Below, piece after piece: positions 8,720 through 17,465 of a stretch of DNA of 32,000 nucleotides. The notes beneath the pieces are model-generated. The model was not told the DNA's origin. It saw only the letters and a program-made list of their open reading frames with translations, and did not search any database. The position numbers were made by a program, and so were the translations under genes. This DNA is from Aquifex aeolicus VF5 (GTDB taxonomy: Bacteria; Aquificota; Aquificia; Aquificales; Aquificaceae), in contig NC_000918.1 of the NCBI RefSeq assembly GCF_000008625.1, positions 210,001 through 242,000 on the forward strand. The letters run 5' to 3'. Each line of letters opens with the position of its first letter. The stretch's first letter is position 1.

Positions 8720-9373
8720 TTACTCCTTTTCAAAAACCTGTATGTAAATGAGTCCTAAAAACTTTCTGCTGAAGTAAATCTCCTTAAAGCCGAAGCTTGT
8801 GAACATTGATCTCGTTTCCTCAGGAGAAAGGCTTTCCTTCAAACTCTTTATAAAGAACTCCCACTTATCCCTGCCGAAGAAGAGAAGACCTACAGGAAGG
8901 AGTAAAGTTTTCATTAAAAGAATCAGAACTCCTGTTCCTTTAAACCTCCCTATGTCTATAATTCCCACCCTAACTTTTTCTTTTCCGACTCTTTTTGCCT
9001 CCTCTAGGAACTTTTCCTTATTTTCAAGGTGTCTGAACACGAGAGAGAGGGAAACCCTATCAAAACTCTTGTCCTTGAAGGGCATATTCTCCGCATCCGC
9101 AAGTAAAAAGTAACAATCCCCGCACTTTTCCTTAGCTCTTCGGAGCATACCGAGGGCTAAATCTATCCCGACTTTGAGGTCAGAGTTTTTTAGTTTTAAA
9201 AGCACTTCCCCCGTTCCCGTTCCGACATCCAGCCAGTTTCCCTCCTCTCCCATCCTCTCTATTAATTCCTTCTGCCACCTGTGTATACCTCCGAAGGTTG
9301 CAAGACTCACGAAAAAGTCGTAAACCTTTGAAGCACCGGAAAATACTTTAGCCATTATTTCCTTTTCAGCCAT
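8720..9373 (-). CDS. class I SAM-dependent methyltransferase, UbiE/MenG-like
   Basis: SKVYDFFVSLATFGGIHRWQKELI resembles the UbiE/MenG YD..N...SFG.HR.W signature. SAM motif I is LDVGTGTGE. 217 aa. Confidence 0.7.
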   Translation of the reverse strand: MAEKEIMAKVFSGASKVYDFFVSLATFGGIHRWQKELIERMGEEGNWLDVGTGTGEVLLKLKNSDLKVGIDLALGMLRRAKEKCGDCYFLLADAENMPFKDKSFDRVSLSLVFRHLENKEKFLEEAKRVGKEKVRVGIIDIGRFKGTGVLILLMKTLLLPVGLLFFGRDKWEFFIKSLKESLSPEETRSMFTSFGFKEIYFSRKFLGLIYIQVFEKE

Positions 9374-9401
9374 AGATGTATTATTCTAATTCTTTACGGA
9401 G

Positions 9402-12400
9402 ATGTTTACCTTTGCTTTGTGTCCACACGATACAGAAGAGAAAAAAGAATTTGAATACTGGGAGAATATAGCAAAGTCAATATCAGAAAAATTAAAAGAA
9501 GATGTAAAGATAATAACTTTTAAAGATTATGCGGAAGAAAAATTAAAACTACCTTCTGCGGATTACGATATTTACTATGCAAATCCGGTAAGCTCTTACT
9601 TTTTATACAAAAAAGGATATAAACCCCTTGCAAGATTAAAAGGGAAAAGGGACAGTTTTGTAATTATTGGATACGAAAATGTAAAAGACCATCAACTTAC
9701 TGTAACGACAACGTACATAGAAACCCATTTGCTTCCCGTTTTAGTTCTGGAGCATTTTGACTTTTTAAAAACCAACATATTTTTCGTTAAAACCCAAAAG
9801 GAAATATACGAAAGCGTAAAAAATAAAAAAGCAGACTTTGGAATAATGTTTGAAGATGCATACAATGAGATTGAAGACGAAGAAAAAGTACCCGTTATCG
9901 TAAAAATACCTTCAAACTTGAGACATACCTTAATGGTAAAACCCGAAATTTATAAAAAACTAAAAGAAGTTATAAAAGAGTTTGAAGAGTTTGAACTGAT
10001 TGATGATAAGGAATTTTTGGAAGGTATAACTGAAAATCTGCCAATATTGGCTTTTTTAAAAACAAAAGAGTTATTCGACGTATCAAAGGCTATTTACAAC
10101 GAGCCTTTTGTTGGGGTTTTAATTTACAGGGATAAAATTGTTTATGCAAATGAAACGATTCAAAAACTAACGGGATACACATTAGAAGAACTTCAAAATT
10201 TACCTTTTGAAGAATTAGTAGCAGAAGAACAAAGAGAAGAAATAAAAGAAGCAGTAAAAAGAAGATTAAGAGGTGAAATTTTTTCAAAAGGTTATGAAAA
10301 CTTAAAAATAAAAACAAAAGACGGAAAATATTTATATACACTTGCCTTTTCAACCACAATGCTTTATAAAAACTCATACGCGGGACTTGTTTTCTTCATA
10401 GATATAACAAAAGAGGTTTTATACCAGAAGCTTTATAAGGCATTGAGAAATGTAAACAGGGCAATAGCAACAGTTTTAACGGAAAAGGAACTTTACAAAA
10501 CAGTTTGTGAAACTCTCGTAAAAGAACTTGATATTAAATTTGCATGGATTGGTGTCCCCGATGAAAAAACGAAAACGTTTAAATCTATATATAAATGCGG
10601 TGAGGAACAGGATTATTTAAAGCATATAAAAATTTATGCAGGAGGAAGTCTTCCAGAGGCAAAAGGACCTACAGGAAGAGCGTACACTGAAGGGAAAATA
10701 GTAATAAACCCTTCAACGGAAGAAAACCCTCTAATGAAACCTTGGAAAGAAGAGATGTTAAAAAGGGGTTTCCTGTCTTCTGCAGCTATTCCTATAATGA
10801 AAAACGGAAAAGTTCATGCGGTATTAAATATATACGCTTCCATTCCTCATTACTTTGATGAGGATATAAGAACTCTTTTAAAGGAGTTAAAACAAGATTT
10901 AAGCTTTGCCCTTGAGAAAATTGAAAGTATTAAGGAATCAAATATCCTGAAAATTGCGATAGAAAACTCTAGAGAGTGGATATTGATAACGGACAAAGAC
11001 GGAAATATAGAGTACGTTAACGATTTCGTTTCAAAATTGACAGGTTATAAAAAAGAAGAACTGATAGGTAAAAAGCCGAGAATTTTTAAGTCTGGATATC
11101 ACCCGAAAGAATTCTATGAAAAACTCTGGAAAACTATCTTATCCGGAAAAAGAGTTTGAGGCTATATTCGCAAACAGAAAGAAAAACGGTGCAATTTTTT
11201 ACATAGAACAAAAAATTATCCCTGTAAAACTCCCGGACGGAGAAATAAAGTTTGTTGCTATAGGAAGGGATATAACTACGGAAATAATGCTTTTAGAGGA
11301 AAACGAAAGGTTGAGATACTACGATGTGTTAACGGATCTTTACAACTATAACGGATTTGCCTTGCAGGTTATAGATTACATTAAAAAAAAATCCCGATAA
11401 TTTATCCGCACTTATATTAATAGACATAGCTGACTTTTCCTACATCAACAAAGTTTACGGATACGATTTCGGAGATGAACTTATAAGAAAAATTGCAGAA
11501 ATATTAAAGAAGAATTTTAAAGAAAGTGATATAATAGGTAGAATTGAGGGAGACTTATTTGCAATATTTGCAAAAAATTTAAAGAAAAAGGAAAATGTAT
11601 TCTCCCTTATAGAAAGGCTTAAGGAAATTCTGGATAAAGATGTTGTCTTTGAAGTAAGGGGCAAAAAATTACATATAATCTTCCACGGAGGCGTGTCTAT
11701 TTATCCGGATGATGGAAAAACCTTTGAGGAACTACTTCAGAACGCCAGGATTGCTTTAAAAGAAGCCAAACAGGAAGGTTATAACGTAGTAAAAATATAC
11801 AATAAAGAACTGGAAAAAAGGCAGAATCTTTCATTTATATAGAAAATCTTCTAACGGAAGCGGTAAAGGAAAACCTATTCGTATTCCATTACCAGCCCAT
11901 CTTTGAAGCAAAAACGGGAAATTTGGCAGGATTTGAGGCACTGGTCAGGATAAAGAAGGAAAGATACATTACCCGAATGAGTTTATAAACTTTCTGGAAA
12001 ATTCCCATTACCTTGATTACTTCAGGGAATGGGCTTTAAAGGAAGTGACGGATAAAATAAAAAAGTGGAAAAAAAACCCATAAGCGTGAACGTAACCGCA
12101 AGGACGTTTAAAAATGAAAACTTCCCGAACGAGTTATTTAAATATGCAAAAGACATTCCTGCACCCCTGATTCTGGAAATAACGGAAAGGATTTACATGG
12201 ACGATGTAGAAACCTCAAGAAAGATTATAAAAAGGTTAAAAGAGAACAAAAATGTAAAAATAGCGATAGACGACTTCGGAACAGGTTACTCGTCCCTTTC
12301 TTACCTGAAGGACATAGATACGGACATCCTGAAAATAGATATGTCTTTTGTAAGAAGAATTGTGGAAGACGAAAAAATAAGGGCGATAGTAAAGGCAATA

Positions 12401-12556
12401 ATAACCCTTGCGAAAGACCTCAACCTCTCAACTCTGGCGGAAGGAGTTGAAACGAAAGAACAGTACGAAATCCTTAAAAGTATGGGAGTTGATTTAGTTC
12501 AGGGATTTTACTTCTCAAAACCCCTGCCTGAAAACGAAGCCCAGCTTTTGATATAA
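9402..12556 (+). pseudogene. multi-domain c-di-GMP signalling protein (PhnD-like binding domain, PAS, GAF, PAS, degenerate GGDEF, EAL), ~1050 codons split by five frameshifts
   Basis: Six collinear in-frame segments: 9402..~11148; ~11152..~11389; ~11390..~11819 (open, stop at 11840-42, no Met codon so absent from the ORF track); ~11820..~11958; ~11964..~12076 (stop 12081-83); ~12077..12556. Joining them gives continuous domain sequence: ...EKLWKTILSGK/EFEAIFANRKKNG..., ...VIDYIKK/NPDNLSALILIDIADF..., ...YNKELEK/KAESFIYIENLL..., ...FEALVRIKK/..GKIHYPNEFI..., ...KIKKWKK/KPISVNVTART.... EAL motifs FEALVR, DDFGTGYSSLSYL, LKIDMSF, EGVET and QGFYFSKP are all present. Confidence 0.8.
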
Positions 12557-12566
12557 GCTAATTTCT

Positions 12567-13340
12567 ATGAGTAAAGAAAAGTACTCCTTTGAAGACCTCA
12601 TAAAGGTTATGGAAGAGTTAAGGAAGAAGTGTCCGTGGGACAGGGAGCAGACCCACGAAAGCTTAAAGAAGTACTTAATAGAAGAAGCTTACGAGGTTCT
12701 GGACGCTATAGACAGCAAAGATGACGAGAAGTTAAAGGAGGAGCTTGGCGACCTCCTCCTTCAGGTAGTTTTCCACTCTCAGATAGCTAAGGAAAGGGGA
12801 GCTTTTGATATAAACGACGTTATAGATACTTTAGTTAAAAAGTTAATAGAGAGGCACCCTCACGTTTTTGGATGCGCAAACCCCGAAGACGTTCTGAAAA
12901 ACTGGGAAAAGAAGAAGATGGAAAAGAGGAAGAGTATATTCGAAGGAATACCGAAGCACCTTCCCGCCCTGATGCGTTCCCAGAAACTTCAGGACAGGAC
13001 TTCTCAGGTAGGCTTTGACTTTCAAGACATAAGTCAGGTATTTGAAAAGATTCAGGAGGAGATAAACGAACTCAAAGAGTCTTTAGAAAAAGGAGACAGA
13101 GAAAATATAAAACACGAGATAGGTGACATTCTTACCGCAGTTGTAGAACTCGCGAGGTTTGTAAACGTGGATGCGGAAGAAGCCCTGCAGGAAGCTAACG
13201 AGCGCTTCATAAGACGCTTTTCCTACATAGAGAAAAAGGCGAAGGAAGAAGGTAGAAAACTGGAAGATATGAGCCTTGAAGAAATGGATAAACTCTGGAT
13301 GGAAGCCAAAAAACTCGAGGAACAAGGAAAACTATCCTAA
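12567..13340 (+). CDS. mazG: nucleoside triphosphate pyrophosphohydrolase MazG
   Basis: CPWDREQTHESLKKYLIEEAYEVLDAI...ELGDLLLQVVFH and a second EXXE-type half (INELKE...EIGDIL). 257 aa tandem MazG domains. Confidence 0.85.
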   Translation: MSKEKYSFEDLIKVMEELRKKCPWDREQTHESLKKYLIEEAYEVLDAIDSKDDEKLKEELGDLLLQVVFHSQIAKERGAFDINDVIDTLVKKLIERHPHVFGCANPEDVLKNWEKKKMEKRKSIFEGIPKHLPALMRSQKLQDRTSQVGFDFQDISQVFEKIQEEINELKESLEKGDRENIKHEIGDILTAVVELARFVNVDAEEALQEANERFIRRFSYIEKKAKEEGRKLEDMSLEEMDKLWMEAKKLEEQGKLS

Positions 13341-14231
13341 AGGTAAGAATTTTGAGAATTCCTTCAGCTTCTCGTACCCCACCACCTCTTCTTTTTGGTA
13401 GGGAATGGATATTTTTTCAATATCCATGAAGTAGTTTTCTATTTCCTTTAAAAACTTTTTTTCCACTTCTTTCCTCGCTTTTAAAAACTCATCCTGTGGA
13501 TTTTCTGGAAGAACCTTATTTATTATGAGAGCTTTTACCCTTATTCCGTAGTGTTTTAAGGAATTTACGAGTCTTTTCGTTTCCTCAAAGGGGAGTTTTT
13601 CGGGAGTAAGTACCGCAAAAAAGTAGGATTTATCGTAAATTATTTCAGAAAACTTTTTGAAACGCTCCTTTCTCTCTTTTAAGTATTCCAGTGCCTCTTC
13701 GTGGACGCTTTTTCCCGACAATTTCTTGAGTTCGTAAACTTTTTCCTTGAGTTTTACTATTTCTTCTAAGAAGTTCCCGAGATTTCTTACGGTTTTTAAA
13801 AGCCCGAGAGTGTGTCCCGTGGGAGCGGTATCCACGACTATGTAGTCGTACTCATTTTCTCTGTACACAACTTCCTTTGAAAGGGCTTCGAAAATAACCA
13901 CGTCCTCTATTCCCGGACTCTCTTCAAGGGAGTGTATAATTCCCTCAAGTTCTCTCAAGGTTTCCTTTCTCAGCGTAGCCTCTGCGAGTTTAAAAACCCT
14001 GCTTCTGTACTCCTTTAATTCCTCGTTCAGATCTATTTCTTTAACTGTCAGGTTTTCGCTCAGTTTCGTTTCTCCTTGAAGTTCTGTGTTAAAAACGTCA
14101 GAAAGGGAGTGGGCTGGATCTGTAGAAAGGAGTAAAACCTTTTTTCCCTGTTCTGATAGCTTTACCGCAAAAGCGGAAGAAGCGGTCGTTTTGCCTACTC
14201 CTCCCTTTCCTCCGAAGAAGAAAACCCTCAT
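13332..14231 (-). CDS. ArsA/GET3-family P-loop ATPase
   Basis: Deviant Walker A GGKGGVGKTT, LLLSTDPAHSLSDVF, VVDTAPTGHTL. Single ArsA-type half, 299 aa. Confidence 0.75.
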   Translation of the reverse strand: MRVFFFGGKGGVGKTTASSAFAVKLSEQGKKVLLLSTDPAHSLSDVFNTELQGETKLSENLTVKEIDLNEELKEYRSRVFKLAEATLRKETLRELEGIIHSLEESPGIEDVVIFEALSKEVVYRENEYDYIVVDTAPTGHTLGLLKTVRNLGNFLEEIVKLKEKVYELKKLSGKSVHEEALEYLKERKERFKKFSEIIYDKSYFFAVLTPEKLPFEETKRLVNSLKHYGIRVKALIINKVLPENPQDEFLKARKEVEKKFLKEIENYFMDIEKISIPYQKEEVVGYEKLKEFSKFLPLG

Positions 14232-15160
14232 TTTTTAACTCTCTTAATTATGTAAGGGAGGTAATCCTTTATCCCTTCTTCTAAGGAATACTCAGGTTCG
14301 TATCCGAGGGCTTCCCTTATTTTTGTGAGGTCTGCTTCTGTGAATTTCTGATAAAAATCGTAAGGACAGTCAAAGTACTCAATTTCGTAATTCGTCCCGA
14401 GTTCTTTGTTGAGGATAGAAACGATTTCGTTGAAACTCCTTGCCCTTCCCGTACCCACGTTAAATATACCAGAGACGTTCTTTTCAAGGGCAAGAAGGTT
14501 TGCCTTAATTACGTCTTTTATGTAAACGAAGTCCCTCCTCTGTTCTCCCCATTTAAAGAGTCTCGGTCTTTCCCCTTTTATCATCTTCACCGCAAGCTGG
14601 TAAATCATACTCGCGGTTTTTCCTTTGTAGTCCTCCCTCGGACCGTAAACGTTGAAGTACCTCAACCCCACTATGTTCATCTCGGGATACCTTTCCATAT
14701 AGTCCATAGCTATGTGATCCATCATGAGTTTTGAAAACCCGTATATGTTTTCAGGTTCAAGTCCCTTGTCTTCCCTCATGGGAGGCGGAGAGTTCCCATA
14801 GACCCCTGCGGAGGAGGCGTATATGACTTTTGCATTCCACTCAACCGCAAGGTCCAGAATGTACCTGAAAGAATCCGCATTCGTTTTCATCATAAAGTAT
14901 TGATCTTCCACCGTTGTGTCCGTTATAGCCGCTTCGTGAAATATCACGTCAAAGTGGAAGTTTTTCCTTACGTAATCCCATAAAGAAGGATCTGAAATAT
15001 CTCCCGTAATAACCTGCCCTTTAAATCCGATTAAGTTCTTAAAATGCCCGGAAGAAAAGTTATCAAGCACGTAAATCTTCGCTTCGGGATACCTTTCTTG
15101 AAGCGCAAAAGCTAAATTTGAACCGATAAAACCCGCACCGCCTGTGATTAGGAATTTCAT
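14228..15160 (-). CDS. hldD: ADP-L-glycero-D-manno-heptose 6-epimerase
   Basis: ITGGAGFIGSN, YASSAGVYG, YGFSK, RYFNVYGPRE.YKGK.AS, RDFVYIKDV, SGIFNVGTGRARSF, YQKFTEADL. Collinear with E. coli HldD/RfaD motifs as I recall them. 4-nt overlap with the downstream ArsA-like gene. Confidence 0.85.
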   Translation of the reverse strand: MKFLITGGAGFIGSNLAFALQERYPEAKIYVLDNFSSGHFKNLIGFKGQVITGDISDPSLWDYVRKNFHFDVIFHEAAITDTTVEDQYFMMKTNADSFRYILDLAVEWNAKVIYASSAGVYGNSPPPMREDKGLEPENIYGFSKLMMDHIAMDYMERYPEMNIVGLRYFNVYGPREDYKGKTASMIYQLAVKMIKGERPRLFKWGEQRRDFVYIKDVIKANLLALEKNVSGIFNVGTGRARSFNEIVSILNKELGTNYEIEYFDCPYDFYQKFTEADLTKIREALGYEPEYSLEEGIKDYLPYIIKRVKK

Positions 15161-15169
15161 AATTATATT

Positions 15170-15439
15170 ATGCAGTTCCTGAAAGGTGATAAGGCTTTTA
15201 ACTTCTTGCTTGGGCTTATATACGGATACAGAACCGCGGACGTGGATATGAAGATAAGACCACTTGAGGAATTCAAAGAGGAAGAGTATTCCGATTTCAC
15301 CATTTACTACATAGATAGAAAAAGCGGAGAAGTGAAAAAGGGAGAAAAACTTTCAGAATACACTCACGTGGTTGTACTGAAAGAGGACCACGAAAATAAA
15401 AAGGTCAGAATTGTTATATTCAAGAGGTTGAAAAACTAA
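15170..15439 (+). CDS. hypothetical 89-aa protein
   Basis: Intact ORF with local-type codon and amino-acid usage. No recognisable motif and no SD. Its ATG lies only 9 nt from the divergent hldD start. Confidence 0.35.
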   Translation: MQFLKGDKAFNFLLGLIYGYRTADVDMKIRPLEEFKEEEYSDFTIYYIDRKSGEVKKGEKLSEYTHVVVLKEDHENKKVRIVIFKRLKN

Positions 15440-15587
15440 AGTTTTAAAATATCAGTAATATCCAGCTGGCCCGTTTTTCCCGAAGGATAAAACCTACTAA
15501 AGAAGCTACTGTCGTATAAGCATATTCTTAATTCTTTATAAGTAAATTGAATTGCACTTTCATTGAAGGGCCTTTAACTTAAACTGA

Positions 15588-17465
15588 GTGAAGGAAAAGT
15601 GGAAGTCAATTGCAAACTTATTGGAAGAGGAGTTTGACTTAGAAGTTCAGCCATCTTACGAAGGTTGGGGAGCGGGATACGACCCCAAATTCCTGCCCAT
15701 ACTCGAAATGTGGGCAAAAGGGGAAGTAGAGGAAATACCCCAGGGAGCAAAGATACCGAGGGGAGTAATATTCAACGTAGTTGACTTTTTGAAGAAAAGC
15801 GAAGATTACACAGTTAATTCTATAAGGCACGAAATAGGATTACTCCTTAACACTCACTTTCCCAGCTGGCGCTTCGGTCAGAGAGAGGTATTCAGAGCGG
15901 GATACGTTCCCACTTCCTTCTTGGTGCTCTTTGCGGTTCTGGAGAGTTTAAAAACGGACAACAAGATAATAGAAGAGCTCCCTTCCGCTTTTGTTTCTCT
16001 AAAGGCACGCTATAAGGAAATACTCTCTCAAATAAAGGCACCGTACCCTTACCACCAGCTTGCCCTTTCCTTTGTGTACGCCTGGATAAACGAAGAACAG
16101 GACACCTCCGAAGAGGTAAAACACTACCATTCCACTATGGAAAAGGCTTTTTACGAGTATCTGAAGGAAAAAAATCCGCAGAGTGCTTACGACATAGTGA
16201 CGGAGGAGCTCTGGCAAAAGTTCAGAGTACTCGTTGACCTTTCTAAGGATCTAAACTACGTGGATCTTCTGATAGAAGAAGCAAGGGGAAGGAAGAGAGA
16301 GGACGCCCACAGGGCACGTATAATGACGGATATCCTCTCAAAACTTCCCGAAGAACTCAGGAATTACATAAAGGAAAACAAAGACAAGAGTGCGGTAGAA
16401 CTTCCTAAAGAAGACGTAAAGGTAATACTGAAGGCTCTTGAGGCTATACCCGACTGGATGAAGGATTACATGAAACAGATGAGTTATATGAGCCTCCTTG
16501 AGAAGGATATAGAATTCCTGAACTTCTTCCTGCCCAAAACCCTTGAAATAGACGTGGAACACAGGGGATTTGTTAGCTTCATATTCAAGGCTTGGGAAGA
16601 AATTTCCGCATCTCAGAACCTGAAATCCAAGAAAAAACAGGAAGAGGAAGAAGAGTTATCCGATTTAGACAAGAAGTTCAAGAAGGAGCACGGATTAACC
16701 CAGAAAGAATTCCAGAAGTACCGTTTAATCTTAAAGAGCGTTCTTCCCTACGTTGAACACTTCAAAAGAAAATTTGATAACTTCTTGCCAAAAGAAGAAG
16801 AACTGTGGGACGGCAAACACTTCAGGGGAAAGAGGATAAATCCGAGGAGGATAGCTACAGAAGTTCCGATAGGCAGGGGAAGGATATTCATGAGAAGGGA
16901 AGTTCCCCAGAGAAAGGAATTAATCTTTGAACTCTTAATGGATATATCTTCGTCTATGAAAAAAGAGGAGAAAATCCTAAACGCTCTCAAGTCCCTTATA
17001 CTCGTGTCCGAAGTTCTCGATAAACTAAAAATGGAGTTTTCCATAAAAGTGTTTAACGAAAACGTCTACACCTTAAAGGACTTTTCCGAGGACTACAAAG
17101 TAGCCAAAGCTAGAATTATGGATCTCCTAAACGACTTGGGAGGAAGTACCGACCTCAGCAAAGCCATAACCGTCGGGGTAGAGAGCCTCGAAGTGGTTAT
17201 GAAAAAAGAACACAAGAAGGGCGTACTCATACTGTTTACCGACGGACAGCCCACGAAAGGGCTAAGAGGGGAGGAACTTAAGTACTTTATCTCTCAGATG
17301 AAGATGAAACTACCCATCGTGGCGATAGGTGTCGGGGAAGCTACACACATGGTTAAAGAATACTTTGACAAAACCGGTCTAAGCGTTGAAGATATATCAA
17401 AACTACCTTCTGCTTTCTCCTTCGTTATGGAAAATCAGTTCAAGAGACTCCTTTCCGTGGCTTAA
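15588..17465 (+). CDS. von Willebrand factor type A (vWA) domain protein with a long uncharacterised N-terminal region
   Basis: The C-terminal ~190 aa have the MIDAS pattern: LLMDISSSM (DxSxS), GGSTDL, LILFTDGQPT. The N-terminal ~430 aa are helical with a charged linker (KSKKKQEEEEELSDLDKK). The start is a GTG directly after an in-frame TGA, with no clear SD, so the true start is uncertain. Confidence 0.65.
   Translation: MKEKWKSIANLLEEEFDLEVQPSYEGWGAGYDPKFLPILEMWAKGEVEEIPQGAKIPRGVIFNVVDFLKKSEDYTVNSIRHEIGLLLNTHFPSWRFGQREVFRAGYVPTSFLVLFAVLESLKTDNKIIEELPSAFVSLKARYKEILSQIKAPYPYHQLALSFVYAWINEEQDTSEEVKHYHSTMEKAFYEYLKEKNPQSAYDIVTEELWQKFRVLVDLSKDLNYVDLLIEEARGRKREDAHRARIMTDILSKLPEELRNYIKENKDKSAVELPKEDVKVILKALEAIPDWMKDYMKQMSYMSLLEKDIEFLNFFLPKTLEIDVEHRGFVSFIFKAWEEISASQNLKSKKKQEEEEELSDLDKKFKKEHGLTQKEFQKYRLILKSVLPYVEHFKRKFDNFLPKEEELWDGKHFRGKRINPRRIATEVPIGRGRIFMRREVPQRKELIFELLMDISSSMKKEEKILNALKSLILVSEVLDKLKMEFSIKVFNENVYTLKDFSEDYKVAKARIMDLLNDLGGSTDLSKAITVGVESLEVVMKKEHKKGVLILFTDGQPTKGLRGEELKYFISQMKMKLPIVAIGVGEATHMVKEYFDKTGLSVEDISKLPSAFSFVMENQFKRLLSVA

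Noticed and set aside
10090-10377. 95-aa minus-strand ORF with a poly-Leu/Phe stretch (LLLLLFLLFVLLLLIL)
   Set aside because: It is antisense to a Glu/Lys-rich (gaa/aag) part of the PAS region of the sensor gene. This is a low-complexity mirror-image ORF, not a membrane protein.
11455-11664. 69-aa minus-strand ORF inside the GGDEF region
   Set aside because: The plus strand here encodes a well-matching GGDEF domain (no Met codon, so not in the track). The minus-strand product is low-complexity Ser/Ile/Phe.
9402-12556. Programmed ribosomal frameshifting as the explanation for the broken sensor gene
   Set aside because: Five shifts of both signs would be required, with no slippery heptamer plus structure context. 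Mutation, sequence error or transcriptional slippage at A-runs is far more plausible.
15440-15587. Small RNA or structured element in the 148-nt spacer
   Set aside because: I found only an 8-bp palindrome (ccagctgg) and no convincing extended helices by eye. I keep it as a note under the vWA finding instead of calling a feature.
15828-15845. Possible HExxH metalloprotease motif (RHEIGLL) in the N-terminal part of the vWA protein
   Set aside because: The sequence reads H-E-I-G-L, so the second His is missing and this is not a zincin motif.
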